From Candidatus Latescibacterota bacterium (GTDB taxonomy: Bacteria > Latescibacterota > UBA2968): DNA of 64,000 bases. Both the position numbers and the translations under genes were made by a program. Below, piece after piece: positions 48,038 through 59,494 of the stretch. The notes beneath the pieces were generated by a model, which ran no database searches, was not told where the DNA came from, and saw only the letters and a program-made list of their open reading frames with translations. Numbering within the stretch: position 1 is the stretch's first letter; each line of letters starts with the position of its first letter. The DNA lies in the NCBI GenBank assembly GCA_965116885.1, contig OZ220741.1:704001-768000 (forward strand). Reading direction: 5' to 3'.

Positions 48038-49024
48038 ATGACCCAATCGCTCTTAGACATACGCGACCTCAAAACCTATTTTCACACCGACGATGGCGTC
48101 GTGCGCGCGGTCGATGGCGTATCTCTATCCATAGCGCCCCAAAAAACACTCGGCGTGGTCGGCGAATCCGGCTGTGGAAAAAGCATCACCGCCTTTTCAA
48201 CCATGCGCCTCATCCCGAGTCCCCCGGGCAAAATCGAACACGGGCAAATCCTCTTTCACAAAGACCCCGAAAGCGATCCCATTGACCTGACACAACTCAA
48301 CCCCAAAGGCACGCAGATGCGCGACATCCGCGGGAATGACATCGCCATGATTTTTCAGGAGCCTATGACCTCTCTCAGCCCTGTACACACCGTGGGCAAT
48401 CAAATTTCCGAAGCGATCATGCTGCATCAAAATGCAGACAAAAAAGAAGCCCGCGAACGCGCCATCGATGCCCTCAACAAAGTGCGCCTACCGCGTCCCG
48501 ACCGCCAGGTCGATGCGTATCCCCATGAACTCTCAGGTGGCATGCGCCAGCGCGCTATGATCGCAATGGCCCTCTCGTGCAACCCCAGCTTACTCATCGC
48601 CGACGAACCCACGACAGCCCTCGATGTCACAGTCCAGGCCCAAATCCTGGACCTGATGCGCCATCTCCAATCCGACATCGGCATGGCGATCATGCTCATC
48701 ACCCACGACCTCGGCGTCGTCGCCAGCATGGCCGATTATGTCGCAGTAATGTACCTGGGCAAAATCGTCGAATACGCCGACACGCGCACCGTCTTCAAAA
48801 ATCCACGCCATCCCTACACCAGGGGCCTGCTAAACTCCATCCCACAAGTGGGCCAAAAACGCCGCCTGGTACCCATTGAAGGCACAATCCCCGACCCTTT
48901 TGAAATCCCACAGGGCTGTGCCTTTGCCCCTCGGTGCCCGCACGCAATGGACAAGTGCCGCGAAGAACCGCAACTCCTCGAAATCGAATCGGGGCATCGC
49001 GTCAGTTGCTGGCTGGAAAACTGA
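48038..49024 (+). CDS. ABC transporter ATP-binding protein (DppD/OppD-like)
   Basis: [27 protein letters not shown]-terminal Cys cluster. Confidence 0.95.
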   Translation: MTQSLLDIRDLKTYFHTDDGVVRAVDGVSLSIAPQKTLGVVGESGCGKSITAFSTMRLIPSPPGKIEHGQILFHKDPESDPIDLTQLNPKGTQMRDIRGNDIAMIFQEPMTSLSPVHTVGNQISEAIMLHQNADKKEARERAIDALNKVRLPRPDRQVDAYPHELSGGMRQRAMIAMALSCNPSLLIADEPTTALDVTVQAQILDLMRHLQSDIGMAIMLITHDLGVVASMADYVAVMYLGKIVEYADTRTVFKNPRHPYTRGLLNSIPQVGQKRRLVPIEGTIPDPFEIPQGCAFAPRCPHAMDKCREEPQLLEIESGHRVSCWLEN

Positions 49025-49047
49025 CCGCTTCGCAAATGGAATCGGAC

Positions 49048-50076
<1,029 letters not shown>

Positions 50077-50100
50077 AAGTCGTTTTAAAACCAAAGCAAC

Positions 50101-50130
50101 CACCGATGAACACCGATAAACACAGATAAA
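50101..50130 (+). repeat. 10-bp tandem repeat x3 (cac(c/a)gat(g/a)aa)
   Basis: caccgatgaa caccgataaa cacagataaa; same family as 26201-26230. Confidence 0.8.
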
Positions 50131-50152
50131 AGGCACCGTCCATCACCATCCC

Positions 50153-50180
50153 TTGACTTGATACTATTATTTAGTATATT
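50153..50180 (+). promoter_or_regulatory. TA-operon promoter with overlapping palindromic operator
   Basis: TTGACT (50153-58), 16 nt spacer, TATATT (50175-80); inverted repeat ATACTA-ttatt-TAGTAT (50161-50177); ATG at 50186. Confidence 0.65.
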
Positions 50181-50185
50181 CAAAA

Positions 50186-50464
50186 ATGGACTGGACCGTA
50201 ACGATAGCAGGAAAGGCGCAAAAGCAAATCGGACGTTTGCCCCAACAGGTTAAAAAGAACCTTCTTGCTCTAATCAGAGAGATTGAAGTAGCAGGTCCAG
50301 TCCGAGGGAACTGGCCTAACTACAGTTCCCTTGGAAAAAATCGGCACCATTGTCATATTAAAAAGGGAAGACCCACTTACGTTTCTGTTTGGGAAGTGAA
50401 GGACAAAAATATCAAATTGGTAGAGGTGACGTATGCAGGTACTCACGAAAAAGCACCGTACTGA
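50186..50464 (+). CDS. RelE/ParE-superfamily toxin
   Basis: WTVTIAGKAQKQIGRLP..VK..., HCH, EVTYAGTHEKAPY; 92 aa basic protein upstream of an HTH gene. Confidence 0.78.
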   Translation: MDWTVTIAGKAQKQIGRLPQQVKKNLLALIREIEVAGPVRGNWPNYSSLGKNRHHCHIKKGRPTYVSVWEVKDKNIKLVEVTYAGTHEKAPY

Positions 50465-50789
50465 AATAGAGACCATCGAACTACGTTTTCTTGGTCCGAA
50501 AAAAAAGCGCAAGCAAGCCGTTAGAACACTCGGGTCCATGGGCTTTGTAGATATATCTGATGCAGTTCCATGGCGCGAGTATTTTCCTTATACCGACGAG
50601 CAATTGCCCGGTGTTTCTCTATCGGGTGCAAGGGGGAAGGAAGGATTGACACAACGGGAATTATCCAAGTTGACTGGCATTCCGCAACGACACATTTCGG
50701 AAATGGAAAATGGCAAACGACCTATTGGGAAGGAAACAGCAAAAAAACTCGGAAAAGCTCTCAAAATAAGCTATAAAGTCTTTCTATAG
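50433..50789 (+). CDS. XRE-family HTH antitoxin
   Basis: R.KEGLTQRELSKLTGIPQRHISEMENGKRPIG...AKKL; overlaps the toxin 3' end. Confidence 0.88.
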   Translation: MQVLTKKHRTEIETIELRFLGPKKKRKQAVRTLGSMGFVDISDAVPWREYFPYTDEQLPGVSLSGARGKEGLTQRELSKLTGIPQRHISEMENGKRPIGKETAKKLGKALKISYKVFL

Positions 50790-50805
50790 AATATCAGGAG
50801 CAATA

Positions 50806-51621
50806 ATGTCCCTAACACAAGAACAACTCGACCGCTTCCGCACCCAAGGTTACGCCATCGTCCCCGACATGTTCACCCGCCGGGAAATACGCGCCATGCG
50901 CGCTGAACTCGACCGCTTCAAACGCGAGGGCCTCCTCCGCAATGTCGCCACCGACGGAGATGGGCAAACCCATTCACAAACGCAAATCAACCTGCAAATC
51001 TGTCCCATCACGCCCAAAAGCCCGTTTTACCGCGCCCTGCACTTTCACCCCAAAGTCCTCGCCCTTGTCGAGCAACTCATCGGCTCACCCTTTGTGTTCT
51101 ACCTCGACCAGATCTTTCTCAAACCCGGCAAACAGGGCATTGGCACGGACTGGCATCAGGACAACGCGTATTTCAAAATCAGCGACCCCGCCAAAGGCGT
51201 TGGCATGTGGGTTGCCCTTCACGATGCCAACATCGCCAACGGCACGTTACATATCGTACCCAACAGCCACCGCGAAATTTACGCCCACGATCGGGACCCC
51301 AACAGCGACCATCACATCCACTGCACAGTACCCGAAGAAAGAGCCATCCCCATCGAATTGCCAGCCGGAGGTGTCGTCTTCTTCAACTTTGGCATAGCCC
51401 ATCGCACACTTGCAAATACCACAAACAGAGAACGCGCGGGTCTTGCCCTGCACTTTTTGAATACGGCCTATATTCCCAAAACCGTCAGAGCAACCCGACG
51501 CTATACCCACCTCACAGGTCCCCTTGCCACAGGCGGAGAAAAAGAATACGGCCTTTGTGTTGCCAACACCTGGCCCAACGAAGTAGATCGCCTGCTCACT
51601 CCTGCGCCCTTGCCCTTATAA
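50806..51621 (+). CDS. PhyH family Fe/2OG dioxygenase
   Basis: FRTQGY, FLKP, WHQDNAYF, WVALHDA...NGTL..VPNSH, H.T..N....R. Confidence 0.92.
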   Translation: MSLTQEQLDRFRTQGYAIVPDMFTRREIRAMRAELDRFKREGLLRNVATDGDGQTHSQTQINLQICPITPKSPFYRALHFHPKVLALVEQLIGSPFVFYLDQIFLKPGKQGIGTDWHQDNAYFKISDPAKGVGMWVALHDANIANGTLHIVPNSHREIYAHDRDPNSDHHIHCTVPEERAIPIELPAGGVVFFNFGIAHRTLANTTNRERAGLALHFLNTAYIPKTVRATRRYTHLTGPLATGGEKEYGLCVANTWPNEVDRLLTPAPLPL

Positions 51622-51883
51622 CGCGCTTCACCTTGTGAACCTCGCGCCAAAGTACCCGGACCTTACCCTGTCTCTCCGTCGTCACCACAATCTCTTCTTC
51701 ATCTGCCCGCAACAAAATCCCTTGAAATGTCGTACCTTCTCTGGTCTCTATCAACACAGAATCCCCCACCGAGACTTGCTCTGAAGAATGCACCACCTCG
51801 TAATAAATATAAGACGAAGGCGATGTGGTCTCGCATCCACAAATCCACAGACTCAAAATTGCAACGAGTAGCAACCTGTTCAT
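51596..51883 (-). CDS. Small lipoprotein (Sm/SH3-like beta domain)
   Basis: MNRLLLVAILSLWICGC lipobox-like; VGDSVLIETREGTTFQGIL. Confidence 0.65.
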   Translation of the reverse strand: MNRLLLVAILSLWICGCETTSPSSYIYYEVVHSSEQVSVGDSVLIETREGTTFQGILLRADEEEIVVTTERQGKVRVLWREVHKVKRVIRARAQE

Positions 51884-51891
51884 AATATGCC

Positions 51892-52770
51892 TCACCGCGG
51901 TTCTGCTGAAAAAACCCGCCACTGATCTACAGGTCGAAATTTCTGTTTGAACTGACGCAAACCCGATAAACCCAAATCCCCGGCGTCATTTACGCGGCGA
52001 TAAGCAGACAACGCGCCATAGACACGCCATCGCAAAAAATACGATAAATCGGGCAACTCGGGATTGGTCTTTGCAACAAAAAAATGCGCCAAATCGGTCT
52101 GCATCTCTCCTGCCAGGGCAAAAGCCTCAATCCGCCCCGCCACCTCCACGCCCCACCCCCACAACACATCTTCTGACCAAAAATGAAACTGATCAAGCGC
52201 TGCCCGCGTATATCCCCAGTCCAGCAAAAAGGGATGCCGACGCCCCTGCCGACGACGCCAATGCTTCAACAGCGCAAAACAATCCGGCACATCCCACACA
52301 GTCAAAGCGCGAAAACGGAATGCGTGGGTGCGCTCAAACCGCCGCACCCGCTTGCGCACATCCCTAAAACATCGTCCGCTCGCCGCAACAATTTGCGATG
52401 GATCGTAAACGTATTCCACGTCTTTATCGCGCAGCGCAAACTGTTCGGTATCTACATATTTGGCATCACAGGCATCTAACCACAAAATTCTCGGCAGACG
52501 GCCACCCTGATGAGATGCGAGCTTATCGACAACCCTCTTTAGCGTATCAGCATCACAGGGAACAGGTGGCACCAGCAAGTCAACACCATCTGGACGCTGT
52601 ACAAACAGACACGTACTCCCCGCAATTTCATCCACACATACAATCCGATTGGGTGCGAGACTAAACGCACAGAGAAAGGGCGGAAAATAACACCAGGCTC
52701 GTTTGTTTGCTCGCAAAAACACATCGCGCAAATACTCGCCGTGTGTGGGATCAATGGGATGCCCGATCAC
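51892..52770 (-). CDS. DUF2156 / phosphatidylglycerol lysyltransferase-like (GNAT-fold) protein
   Basis: EYVY.......SG..F...RK.V.RF, V.GRIEAFA..G, K.N, VN..GDLGLSGLRQFKQKFRP. Confidence 0.8.
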   Translation of the reverse strand: MIGHPIDPTHGEYLRDVFLRANKRAWCYFPPFLCAFSLAPNRIVCVDEIAGSTCLFVQRPDGVDLLVPPVPCDADTLKRVVDKLASHQGGRLPRILWLDACDAKYVDTEQFALRDKDVEYVYDPSQIVAASGRCFRDVRKRVRRFERTHAFRFRALTVWDVPDCFALLKHWRRRQGRRHPFLLDWGYTRAALDQFHFWSEDVLWGWGVEVAGRIEAFALAGEMQTDLAHFFVAKTNPELPDLSYFLRWRVYGALSAYRRVNDAGDLGLSGLRQFKQKFRPVDQWRVFSAEPR

Positions 52771-53764
52771 CTTGTCGCCGCCTTTTGAGATCAGCCGTGT
52801 ACAGTGCCCCGTGATATTTACCAGTTACAAGAGGCTGTGGCTTCCCTGTAGAAATAAGACGAATCATCTGACTGACCCCACCCAATACCTGGGCACCGAC
52901 ATATTCATTAAAATCCGGTATTATTTCCACAGGCGCAAAACCCATCTCGATCAACAAACCAATCGCCCGCGCTGTCTCGTCCGGTGAACGACGGCCAAAA
53001 CTGACAAACCCCTGCTTACCCACCTCGGGCACCAGCGCAGAAGCACCCCGCGAAACAAAAAGCGACAAACCGGGCAACGTATAGGGTGGATCGGTAAAAA
53101 ACACATCCATTTGCCCGCACAGGTCAGCCGGAATATCCTCGCGCAAATCGCGTGCGATCACAGTGATAGGCAACCCTTCGCGTTCACCAATCACACTTAA
53201 AAAGTCAACGAGTCGCCCATCGCACTCCAGCACCACCACCTGCCCGAGCACAATCTCCAAATGCTGCGCCAACAATCCCACCGCCACCGACGTCAGATCG
53301 TCGTCACCCAGAACGAGTAAATTTCGCCCTTCGAGTGCATCGTGTTCGTACAAATACATCGCACGCCTTAAAACAGTCTCAGGCGTTGCATGGGACTGAT
53401 CCAGTTTGACATCGACCTTTGGCCGCCTCTCGGCAATATTTGCAAGGCGTTTGCACACCTCTTTCAAAACCACAGGAATGGGGGGCACACCTGGGCGCGC
53501 AAAGCGTTTGCGGCATGAAAGCCCCAACTCCGATTGCACAACACTCAGGCCCTTACCCGTGAGCGAAACCCCACCTTTTCGCGTCAAAATACCTCTCTTT
53601 TCCAATTCGCCCCGCACAGCGGCAACCACGGGAACGGGCAAGCCCACCTCCTGAGCGACATTGCGAATGGGAATCTGCTCAGACATAAAAACCGTTCGCA
53701 GAATGCGACGGACACCCTCGGCACCTTCGGCCAGCCGCGCCTGGGTTGCCACCTCGCGCAGCAA
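52751..53764 (-). CDS. BpsA-like (branched-chain polyamine synthase, DUF43) protein with N-terminal HTH
   Basis: RP....LDQSHATPET..RRA, LEGR..LVLGDDDLTS, D.R, DLR, DVFFTDPPYT..G..LF.SRG; start codon uncertain (TTG). Confidence 0.8.
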   Translation of the reverse strand: MLREVATQARLAEGAEGVRRILRTVFMSEQIPIRNVAQEVGLPVPVVAAVRGELEKRGILTRKGGVSLTGKGLSVVQSELGLSCRKRFARPGVPPIPVVLKEVCKRLANIAERRPKVDVKLDQSHATPETVLRRAMYLYEHDALEGRNLLVLGDDDLTSVAVGLLAQHLEIVLGQVVVLECDGRLVDFLSVIGEREGLPITVIARDLREDIPADLCGQMDVFFTDPPYTLPGLSLFVSRGASALVPEVGKQGFVSFGRRSPDETARAIGLLIEMGFAPVEIIPDFNEYVGAQVLGGVSQMIRLISTGKPQPLVTGKYHGALYTADLKRRRQGDRASH

Positions 53765-53783
53765 GTCAACGGAGAAACTTGAC

Positions 53784-54872
53784 CTATGCCGTTTCGGAAT
53801 CAGTGTTATCGTCAGCCTCCTCGCTCACAACCCCGAGATCATCGTCCCGAGCAAGCAAATTTTCATCATCCTTGCGATGTCTTAAAACCACATACATCAA
53901 ACTCAGTCCCGACGCATAAGTCGCCTGAACATAAGCAACCACAATCCCCGTAATCACAATGAGCATCACCCCGAGGATGCCACCACCCCAGACCTCTGCT
54001 CCCGACGGTGTCCCCGGCACGGGCAAACTCGCAAACAAATCATCCCATTTCTCCGGGACAAACAAGAGGTAGTGCGATGCCACATAAAAAAGATTGGCCA
54101 GTTTAACATCCATAAACCAACCACATACCCAGGCAATCAGACCAATCGCAGCCATGGTCAAAGCTCCCATCACCATCAAACCAACCCAAACTGCAAAAAT
54201 CATCCACACCGCATACAAAACCAATCGCCAGGGCTGTGACCACGTCAGTGAAAACGACTGTATCACAACATCTAAAATATCATACCCCTCAGTGCCCACA
54301 ATAGCTGGCGACATAATCACAGCAACAACAAATACCAGACTGACAAACACAGCCAACAATGCCGCAAAAAAAATGGGAATAAAACACAGCGCGAAAACGA
54401 CTTCACCCACCACTGGGATCCAGCCGGCAACCCACCCAAGCGCAATACCGCCAATCACAAAAAGAGCAAACAGAGCGAGCACCGCAACAGGACCAAACAG
54501 CACGGCTTTCCAGCGCAATCTCGCAAATCGCCAGGCATCGCCAACCGAATAAAACTCATCGCCCCGCAGTTGCTGAAAAGTGATCTTGCACATCATACTG
54601 GTCGTTACAAACGCCACCGCAAGGGCAAACACCATACCCAAAATGTGCAATCCCGTACCAAACAGATCAAATTCACCAAGCGTTGCGCCGGGGAATAAAC
54701 CATATCGCTGCCACAGACCCGCACTGCCCGCGCGAACATGCGCGATAAGCAACAAAACCGAATACCCCGCCCAGGCCGCGATTAGTCCCAACAGCCCAAC
54801 CCAAATTTTTTTCCCAGACCAACCCAGCCGCACACACCGAAAAATATCTCGAATATCAAAATGCAGATTCAT
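53784..54872 (-). CDS. Hypothetical integral membrane protein
   Basis: 362 aa, 6-7 hydrophobic segments, AAGGAG RBS. Confidence 0.8.
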   Translation of the reverse strand: MNLHFDIRDIFRCVRLGWSGKKIWVGLLGLIAAWAGYSVLLLIAHVRAGSAGLWQRYGLFPGATLGEFDLFGTGLHILGMVFALAVAFVTTSMMCKITFQQLRGDEFYSVGDAWRFARLRWKAVLFGPVAVLALFALFVIGGIALGWVAGWIPVVGEVVFALCFIPIFFAALLAVFVSLVFVVAVIMSPAIVGTEGYDILDVVIQSFSLTWSQPWRLVLYAVWMIFAVWVGLMVMGALTMAAIGLIAWVCGWFMDVKLANLFYVASHYLLFVPEKWDDLFASLPVPGTPSGAEVWGGGILGVMLIVITGIVVAYVQATYASGLSLMYVVLRHRKDDENLLARDDDLGVVSEEADDNTDSETA

Positions 54873-54880
54873 ATTACTCC

Positions 54881-55447
54881 TTACTGTTCAGATGGTTCTT
54901 CCCGCTCATTCAAATTGAGCACCTCTCGAACCGCAGTCAAAAAATCGCCCAATTCCATGTGCGATGTTTGCGCTTGCGCGGGTTTGCTACGCACACCAGG
55001 AGGCAGGGGCACATGCCTGAGCACGACCTGGCGATTTCCTCCTTCGCCCATCTGTACAGCATAACAACCCTGTCCCAACCCCACCGGCCACGGCGATCCA
55101 AAACCATCTCGCTTCGAAAGAAACAGCACGGTCTCTTGTCCTGCCACAAACTGCGGCATACCTGGCACCTGCATGCGTCGCCCTTCCCATTTACCACCGG
55201 GTAAAGTCAGCACCATTTCTGAATCGGCCTGCCCTTTGACCACCTCCATGACTCTAAACCGCGTTTGCGTAAAAATACCTTCTCGATCGGCAAAAACTGC
55301 ATTCTCGCGCGTGAGACATTTGACATATACAATAGTCTGTGCGGTTTCGCACATCTCTTCAAAGACAAACGTCTTCACAGTTGTCGCCCAGGTGGGTGTC
55401 CACCCCATAGCCATCAACATCAAACCTGCAAACAATCGTTTATACAT
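54881..55447 (-). CDS. Hypothetical secreted protein
   Basis: Signal peptide MYKRLFAGLMLMAMG..A, V.EVVKG, LPGG...VPGMPQF..G...VLFL, VGLGQG; GGAGG RBS. Confidence 0.78.
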   Translation of the reverse strand: MYKRLFAGLMLMAMGWTPTWATTVKTFVFEEMCETAQTIVYVKCLTRENAVFADREGIFTQTRFRVMEVVKGQADSEMVLTLPGGKWEGRRMQVPGMPQFVAGQETVLFLSKRDGFGSPWPVGLGQGCYAVQMGEGGNRQVVLRHVPLPPGVRSKPAQAQTSHMELGDFLTAVREVLNLNEREEPSEQ

Positions 55448-55548
55448 TCTCCTACCTCCTGAAAAAACAGCCGCCAGTAAACATTTCAAATATCATCTTC
55501 TTATACATCTCAACAAATAAACAGTTGCAGGATGAACTGCGGAGCAGT

Positions 55549-55580
55549 GTAAAACTGGTCTGGGAAACGACCAGTTTTAC
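55549..55580 (-). terminator. Hairpin overlapping the cca stop codon (probable terminator)
   Basis: GTAAAACTGGTC-tgggaaac-GACCAGTTTTAC, a 12-bp stem. Confidence 0.6.
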
Positions 55581-56908
55581 CCCGCTCCGTCTATTCGTTC
55601 AAACACCTGCGCTGCCAATCTCAACGCCTCATCGCGTTGCGTCACACGCCCTTCTAACTGGGCATCTTCAACAGCCCGCAACACCTGCTTAAACGCGGGA
55701 CCTGGTTTTTTTCCCATCGCAATCAAATCGCGTCCATTAATCAACGGAACGGGGCGAATTTGTTCTGGCTCCAGATTCTCCAGCGCAGCCTTACAAAACG
55801 CATAATTGTCCAACGCACCATGGCTCGACAAACAATCAATCCGGTGCAATGCCAGGTGATCTTCAAACCGATCCGTACGCAAAAACCGCTTCAACGTACT
55901 CGAGCGCATCTCCTGTACATGCATAAATTTGTGATGATCTGCCACCAATGCCACAATATGCTTTGTCTGTTCCGACGAAAAACGCAACCTCCTGCAAATC
56001 TCCTCGGCCATCTCGCGCCCAACTTTTGTATGATTGTTAAACCGAATGCGATCCCGCACCTCATAAGTAGGAGGCTTACCCACATCGTGCAACAAGACGC
56101 CCATCGCCAATTCTACAGAGGGATAGCGCATCAAACCCAACATAATCAGCGTATGGGTCAGTACATCGCCTTCGGGATGAAACTGAGGCGGTTGGGGTAC
56201 GCCATCCATCGCAACAACTTCGGGCATAAAAACTGCCATCAACCCCAGATCAATCAGCCAGCGCACCCCCAAAGGCGCGCCCCCCTCGATCAAAATTTTT
56301 CCGACTTCATCGCGAATGCGCTCAAGGCTTATGAATGCGATACTCTCACTCAATTTTTCAATAGCCTCTCGCGTCTTCTCCTCAATGGGCCAGTGATACC
56401 GACACGCAAAGCGAATTGCGCGCAACATACGCAATCGATCTTCACTGAATCGAGCATGAGGATCGCCAATCGTGCGAATCACCTTCTTTTTTAAATCAGC
56501 CTGCCCGCCCACATAATCAAACACGGCATCGGCCACTGGATCGTAAAACATCCCATTAATAGTAAAATCTCGTCTCCTCGCGTCCTCTTCTTCATCCACA
56601 AACACCACACCATCGGGATGCCGACCATCGGAATACGCCAGATCGCGACGAAAACGCGCCACTTCATAATGATAATCATCCAGCCGCACAACCACCACCC
56701 CAAAATGTGCCCCAACCACCTGTGCATGCGGAAAAATGCCGATCACCTGTTGGAGATCGGCATTTGTGGCAATATCGTAATCGCGGGGCACCTGCCCCAT
56801 CAACATGTCGCGCACACATCCACCAGCCCACAAAGCGCGAAAACCCCGCGCCTGTAAACGACGCACAACTTCCAGCGCGCCCGTGCGTGCACCCTGATCA
56901 TTCGTCAC
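55577..56908 (-). CDS. cca: CCA tRNA nucleotidyltransferase / poly(A) polymerase family with HD domain
   Basis: AGGCVRD, DYDIAT, DGRHP, DARRRDFTING, EDRLRMLRAIRF, HPEGDVLTHT, LHDVGK. Confidence 0.92.
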   Translation of the reverse strand: MTNDQGARTGALEVVRRLQARGFRALWAGGCVRDMLMGQVPRDYDIATNADLQQVIGIFPHAQVVGAHFGVVVVRLDDYHYEVARFRRDLAYSDGRHPDGVVFVDEEEDARRRDFTINGMFYDPVADAVFDYVGGQADLKKKVIRTIGDPHARFSEDRLRMLRAIRFACRYHWPIEEKTREAIEKLSESIAFISLERIRDEVGKILIEGGAPLGVRWLIDLGLMAVFMPEVVAMDGVPQPPQFHPEGDVLTHTLIMLGLMRYPSVELAMGVLLHDVGKPPTYEVRDRIRFNNHTKVGREMAEEICRRLRFSSEQTKHIVALVADHHKFMHVQEMRSSTLKRFLRTDRFEDHLALHRIDCLSSHGALDNYAFCKAALENLEPEQIRPVPLINGRDLIAMGKKPGPAFKQVLRAVEDAQLEGRVTQRDEALRLAAQVFERIDGAG

Positions 56909-56930
56909 ATCAAATCACCTCTTACCTGTA

Positions 56931-58220
56931 TTACTCCTCCACCGTCACCCGCTGAATACGCGCGCCCAAACTGCGCAAGCGCGTATCAATTTGTTCGTAT
57001 CCGCGATCAATCTGTTCGATATTTCTAATCACACTTTGCCCCTCGGCACACAAAGCCGCAATAATCAGCGCCATACCCGCCCGGATATCTGGACTCGACA
57101 AATGCTCGCCATAAAGTTTTGACGGGCCCACCACCACCGCGCGGTGCGGGTCACAAATAACAATCTTCGCGCCCATATCGATGAGACGGTCCAACCAGTA
57201 CATACGCTGCTCAAACATCTTTTCAAAAAACAGCACCGTACCCCGTGCCTGCGTCGCCAACACAATCGCAATACTCATCAAATCGGGCGGAAAACCCGGC
57301 CACGGATCATTGTCAATACGCGGAATCGCATCGCCCACATCCGGCATAATCTCCAGCTTTTGAAAAGGCGGCACCACAATATCCTGTCCATCGACCTCAA
57401 CGTCCAGCCCCAATCGCCGAAACACCATCAAACTCTTGCGCATATTTTTGGGCGCAGCATTGACAATGCGAATCTCGCTATTGGTCGCTCCCGCCAACCC
57501 AATAAAACTGCCGACCTCCATATAATCTGGACCAATTGTATGCGTCGTTCCACTGAGATTTGACACGCCATCAATAACCAGTTCATTGGTCCCAATACCC
57601 GAAATTTGGGCACCCATCCTGTTCAGCATCAAACACAATTCCTGTACATGAGGCTCTGAAGCTACATTGCTCAAAATAGTCGTGCCCCGCGCAAGAACCG
57701 CTGCCATCACGGCATTTTCAGTGCCGGTCACACTGCGCTCATCTAAAAAAATGTCCGCCCCCACAAGCCCTCTGGGGGCCTTAAAATCGTAAATGTGATT
57801 GGTATGGATCCGCACACCGAGTTCTTCGAGCGCAATCAAATGTGTATCGACCCGCCGCCGACCAATGCGGTCGCCCCCAGGTCGCGGAATCGTCGCCTGT
57901 CCAAAACGCCCCAACAACGGACCTGCAAACATAAAACTACCGCGCACTTTTCGGCACAAATCCGCCCGCAACACAGATTTGCGGACATCCCGTGTACAAA
58001 TCGTCAGTTCGTGATCACCTGAGTAGTGAACCTCCGCCCCCAGATCGCGCAAAATTTCAATAATAACAGCGATATCACCAATATCGGGCACATTTTTTAT
58101 CACTACGGGTTCGTCTGTCAACAAAGTCGCCGCCAAAAGAGGTTGCGCCGCATTCTTATTCCCAGCCGGAACAACAGTTCCAGATAGAGCATGCCCACCT
58201 TCGATAACAAATTGTTCCAT
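56931..58220 (-). CDS. murA: UDP-N-acetylglucosamine 1-carboxyvinyltransferase (Asp at the Cys115-equivalent position)
   Basis: [51 protein letters not shown]. Confidence 0.96.
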   Translation of the reverse strand: MEQFVIEGGHALSGTVVPAGNKNAAQPLLAATLLTDEPVVIKNVPDIGDIAVIIEILRDLGAEVHYSGDHELTICTRDVRKSVLRADLCRKVRGSFMFAGPLLGRFGQATIPRPGGDRIGRRRVDTHLIALEELGVRIHTNHIYDFKAPRGLVGADIFLDERSVTGTENAVMAAVLARGTTILSNVASEPHVQELCLMLNRMGAQISGIGTNELVIDGVSNLSGTTHTIGPDYMEVGSFIGLAGATNSEIRIVNAAPKNMRKSLMVFRRLGLDVEVDGQDIVVPPFQKLEIMPDVGDAIPRIDNDPWPGFPPDLMSIAIVLATQARGTVLFFEKMFEQRMYWLDRLIDMGAKIVICDPHRAVVVGPSKLYGEHLSSPDIRAGMALIIAALCAEGQSVIRNIEQIDRGYEQIDTRLRSLGARIQRVTVEE

Positions 58221-58339
58221 AAAAAACGTCTCCAATCAATCAAATGGAGGAGAGAAAATAAATGGCTTCGTGGTCATGCCAATCATAAACCAGATAGGAA
58301 AATATTTCAAGAGTAAAAAGGTAAAAAGGGACGGTCAGC

Positions 58340-58407
58340 GGGCGACCCCCTGTGGTCGCCCCTACAAATCACAACATCATCGTAGGGGACGGCCCCTGTG
58401 CCGTCCC
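58340..58407. repeat. Inverted pair of GTAG-type REP palindromes (REPIN-like)
   Basis: GGGCGACC-ccctgt-GGTCGCCC-CTAC (58340-58365) and GTAG-GGGACGGC-ccctgt-GCCGTCCC (58382-58407). Confidence 0.82.
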
Positions 58408-58438
58408 GTATCGGTCAGTCCAATCAGCCCTCAGCCTC

Positions 58439-59494
58439 TCACTTCACACCCCTCTCCATCTCCCAATACAACTGTCCACATCCAGCCGCAATATCATCTC
58501 CCTTGCTATAGCGAACAGTCGCCGTCAATTTTGCCTGAGACAAAATATCGACAAATCGATCAATTGCCTTCTGGGGGGGGCGTTCATAGCGCGCATCGTC
58601 AATGGGATTCCACGGAATTACATTAATTTTACAGGGAATATCGCGCACGAGGGCAATCAGCCTATATGCATCTTCGGCTGTATCATTAAACCCGTGCAAC
58701 AACACATATTCAAATGTCACCCATCGTCTGACCTGACCGTAATAGGCTCGCACTGCGGACAAAAGTTCTGCAATAGGCCACTTGCGATTGATCGGCATAA
58801 TCTCTGATCGCTGTTCATCTGTCGTCGCATTGAGCGAAACAGCCAGTCCGATTTTGAGTTTTTCTTGCGCCAGCTTTGCAATACCCGGCACATGACCGAC
58901 CGTTGACAGCGTAATGCGACGTATGCCCACAGCCGCTCCATAATCCAGATTGATCAATCGAATAGCCCGAATCACCTGATCGAAATTCAGCAGGGGTTCT
59001 CCCATCCCCATCATCACCACATGCGTCAACTCATCGCCCTCCGCGCGCAAAAACCGCTGTGCATACAACACCTGCTCAACAATCTCTGCTGCCGTCAAAT
59101 TGCGGATCAACCCCATGCGCGCGGTCGCACAAAACTGACAATCGAGCGGACACCCCACCTGCGACGACACGCACAGCGTGCGGCGCTTGCCGTCCCACAT
59201 CAAAACACTTTCGATGAGCCGCTTATCGGGCAACTCAAACAAAAACTTAACCGTATCCCTTGACGAAGAACGCAATTCACCAACGCAATTTAATTTCAAA
59301 AGCGTAAATCGCTCATCAAACCGCGCCCGCACGGTCATGGACAAATTCGTCATCGACTCAAAATCCGTGACACCCTTATTATAAAGCCAGTCAATCAACT
59401 GCCGGGTTCGGTACCGCTCCAAGCCCATATCGGACACATACTGTGCCAATTCTTCGGGAAACAAACCTTTGAGTTCTATTTTTTTAGCATTCAT
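58439..59494 (-). CDS. rlmN: 23S rRNA/tRNA adenine C2-methyltransferase RlmN (radical SAM)
   Basis: IESV, CVSSQVGCPLDCQFCAT, RNL, MGMGEPLLN, ITLSTVG, EYVLL, G.DIAAGCGQL. Confidence 0.96.
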   Translation of the reverse strand: MNAKKIELKGLFPEELAQYVSDMGLERYRTRQLIDWLYNKGVTDFESMTNLSMTVRARFDERFTLLKLNCVGELRSSSRDTVKFLFELPDKRLIESVLMWDGKRRTLCVSSQVGCPLDCQFCATARMGLIRNLTAAEIVEQVLYAQRFLRAEGDELTHVVMMGMGEPLLNFDQVIRAIRLINLDYGAAVGIRRITLSTVGHVPGIAKLAQEKLKIGLAVSLNATTDEQRSEIMPINRKWPIAELLSAVRAYYGQVRRWVTFEYVLLHGFNDTAEDAYRLIALVRDIPCKINVIPWNPIDDARYERPPQKAIDRFVDILSQAKLTATVRYSKGDDIAAGCGQLYWEMERGVK

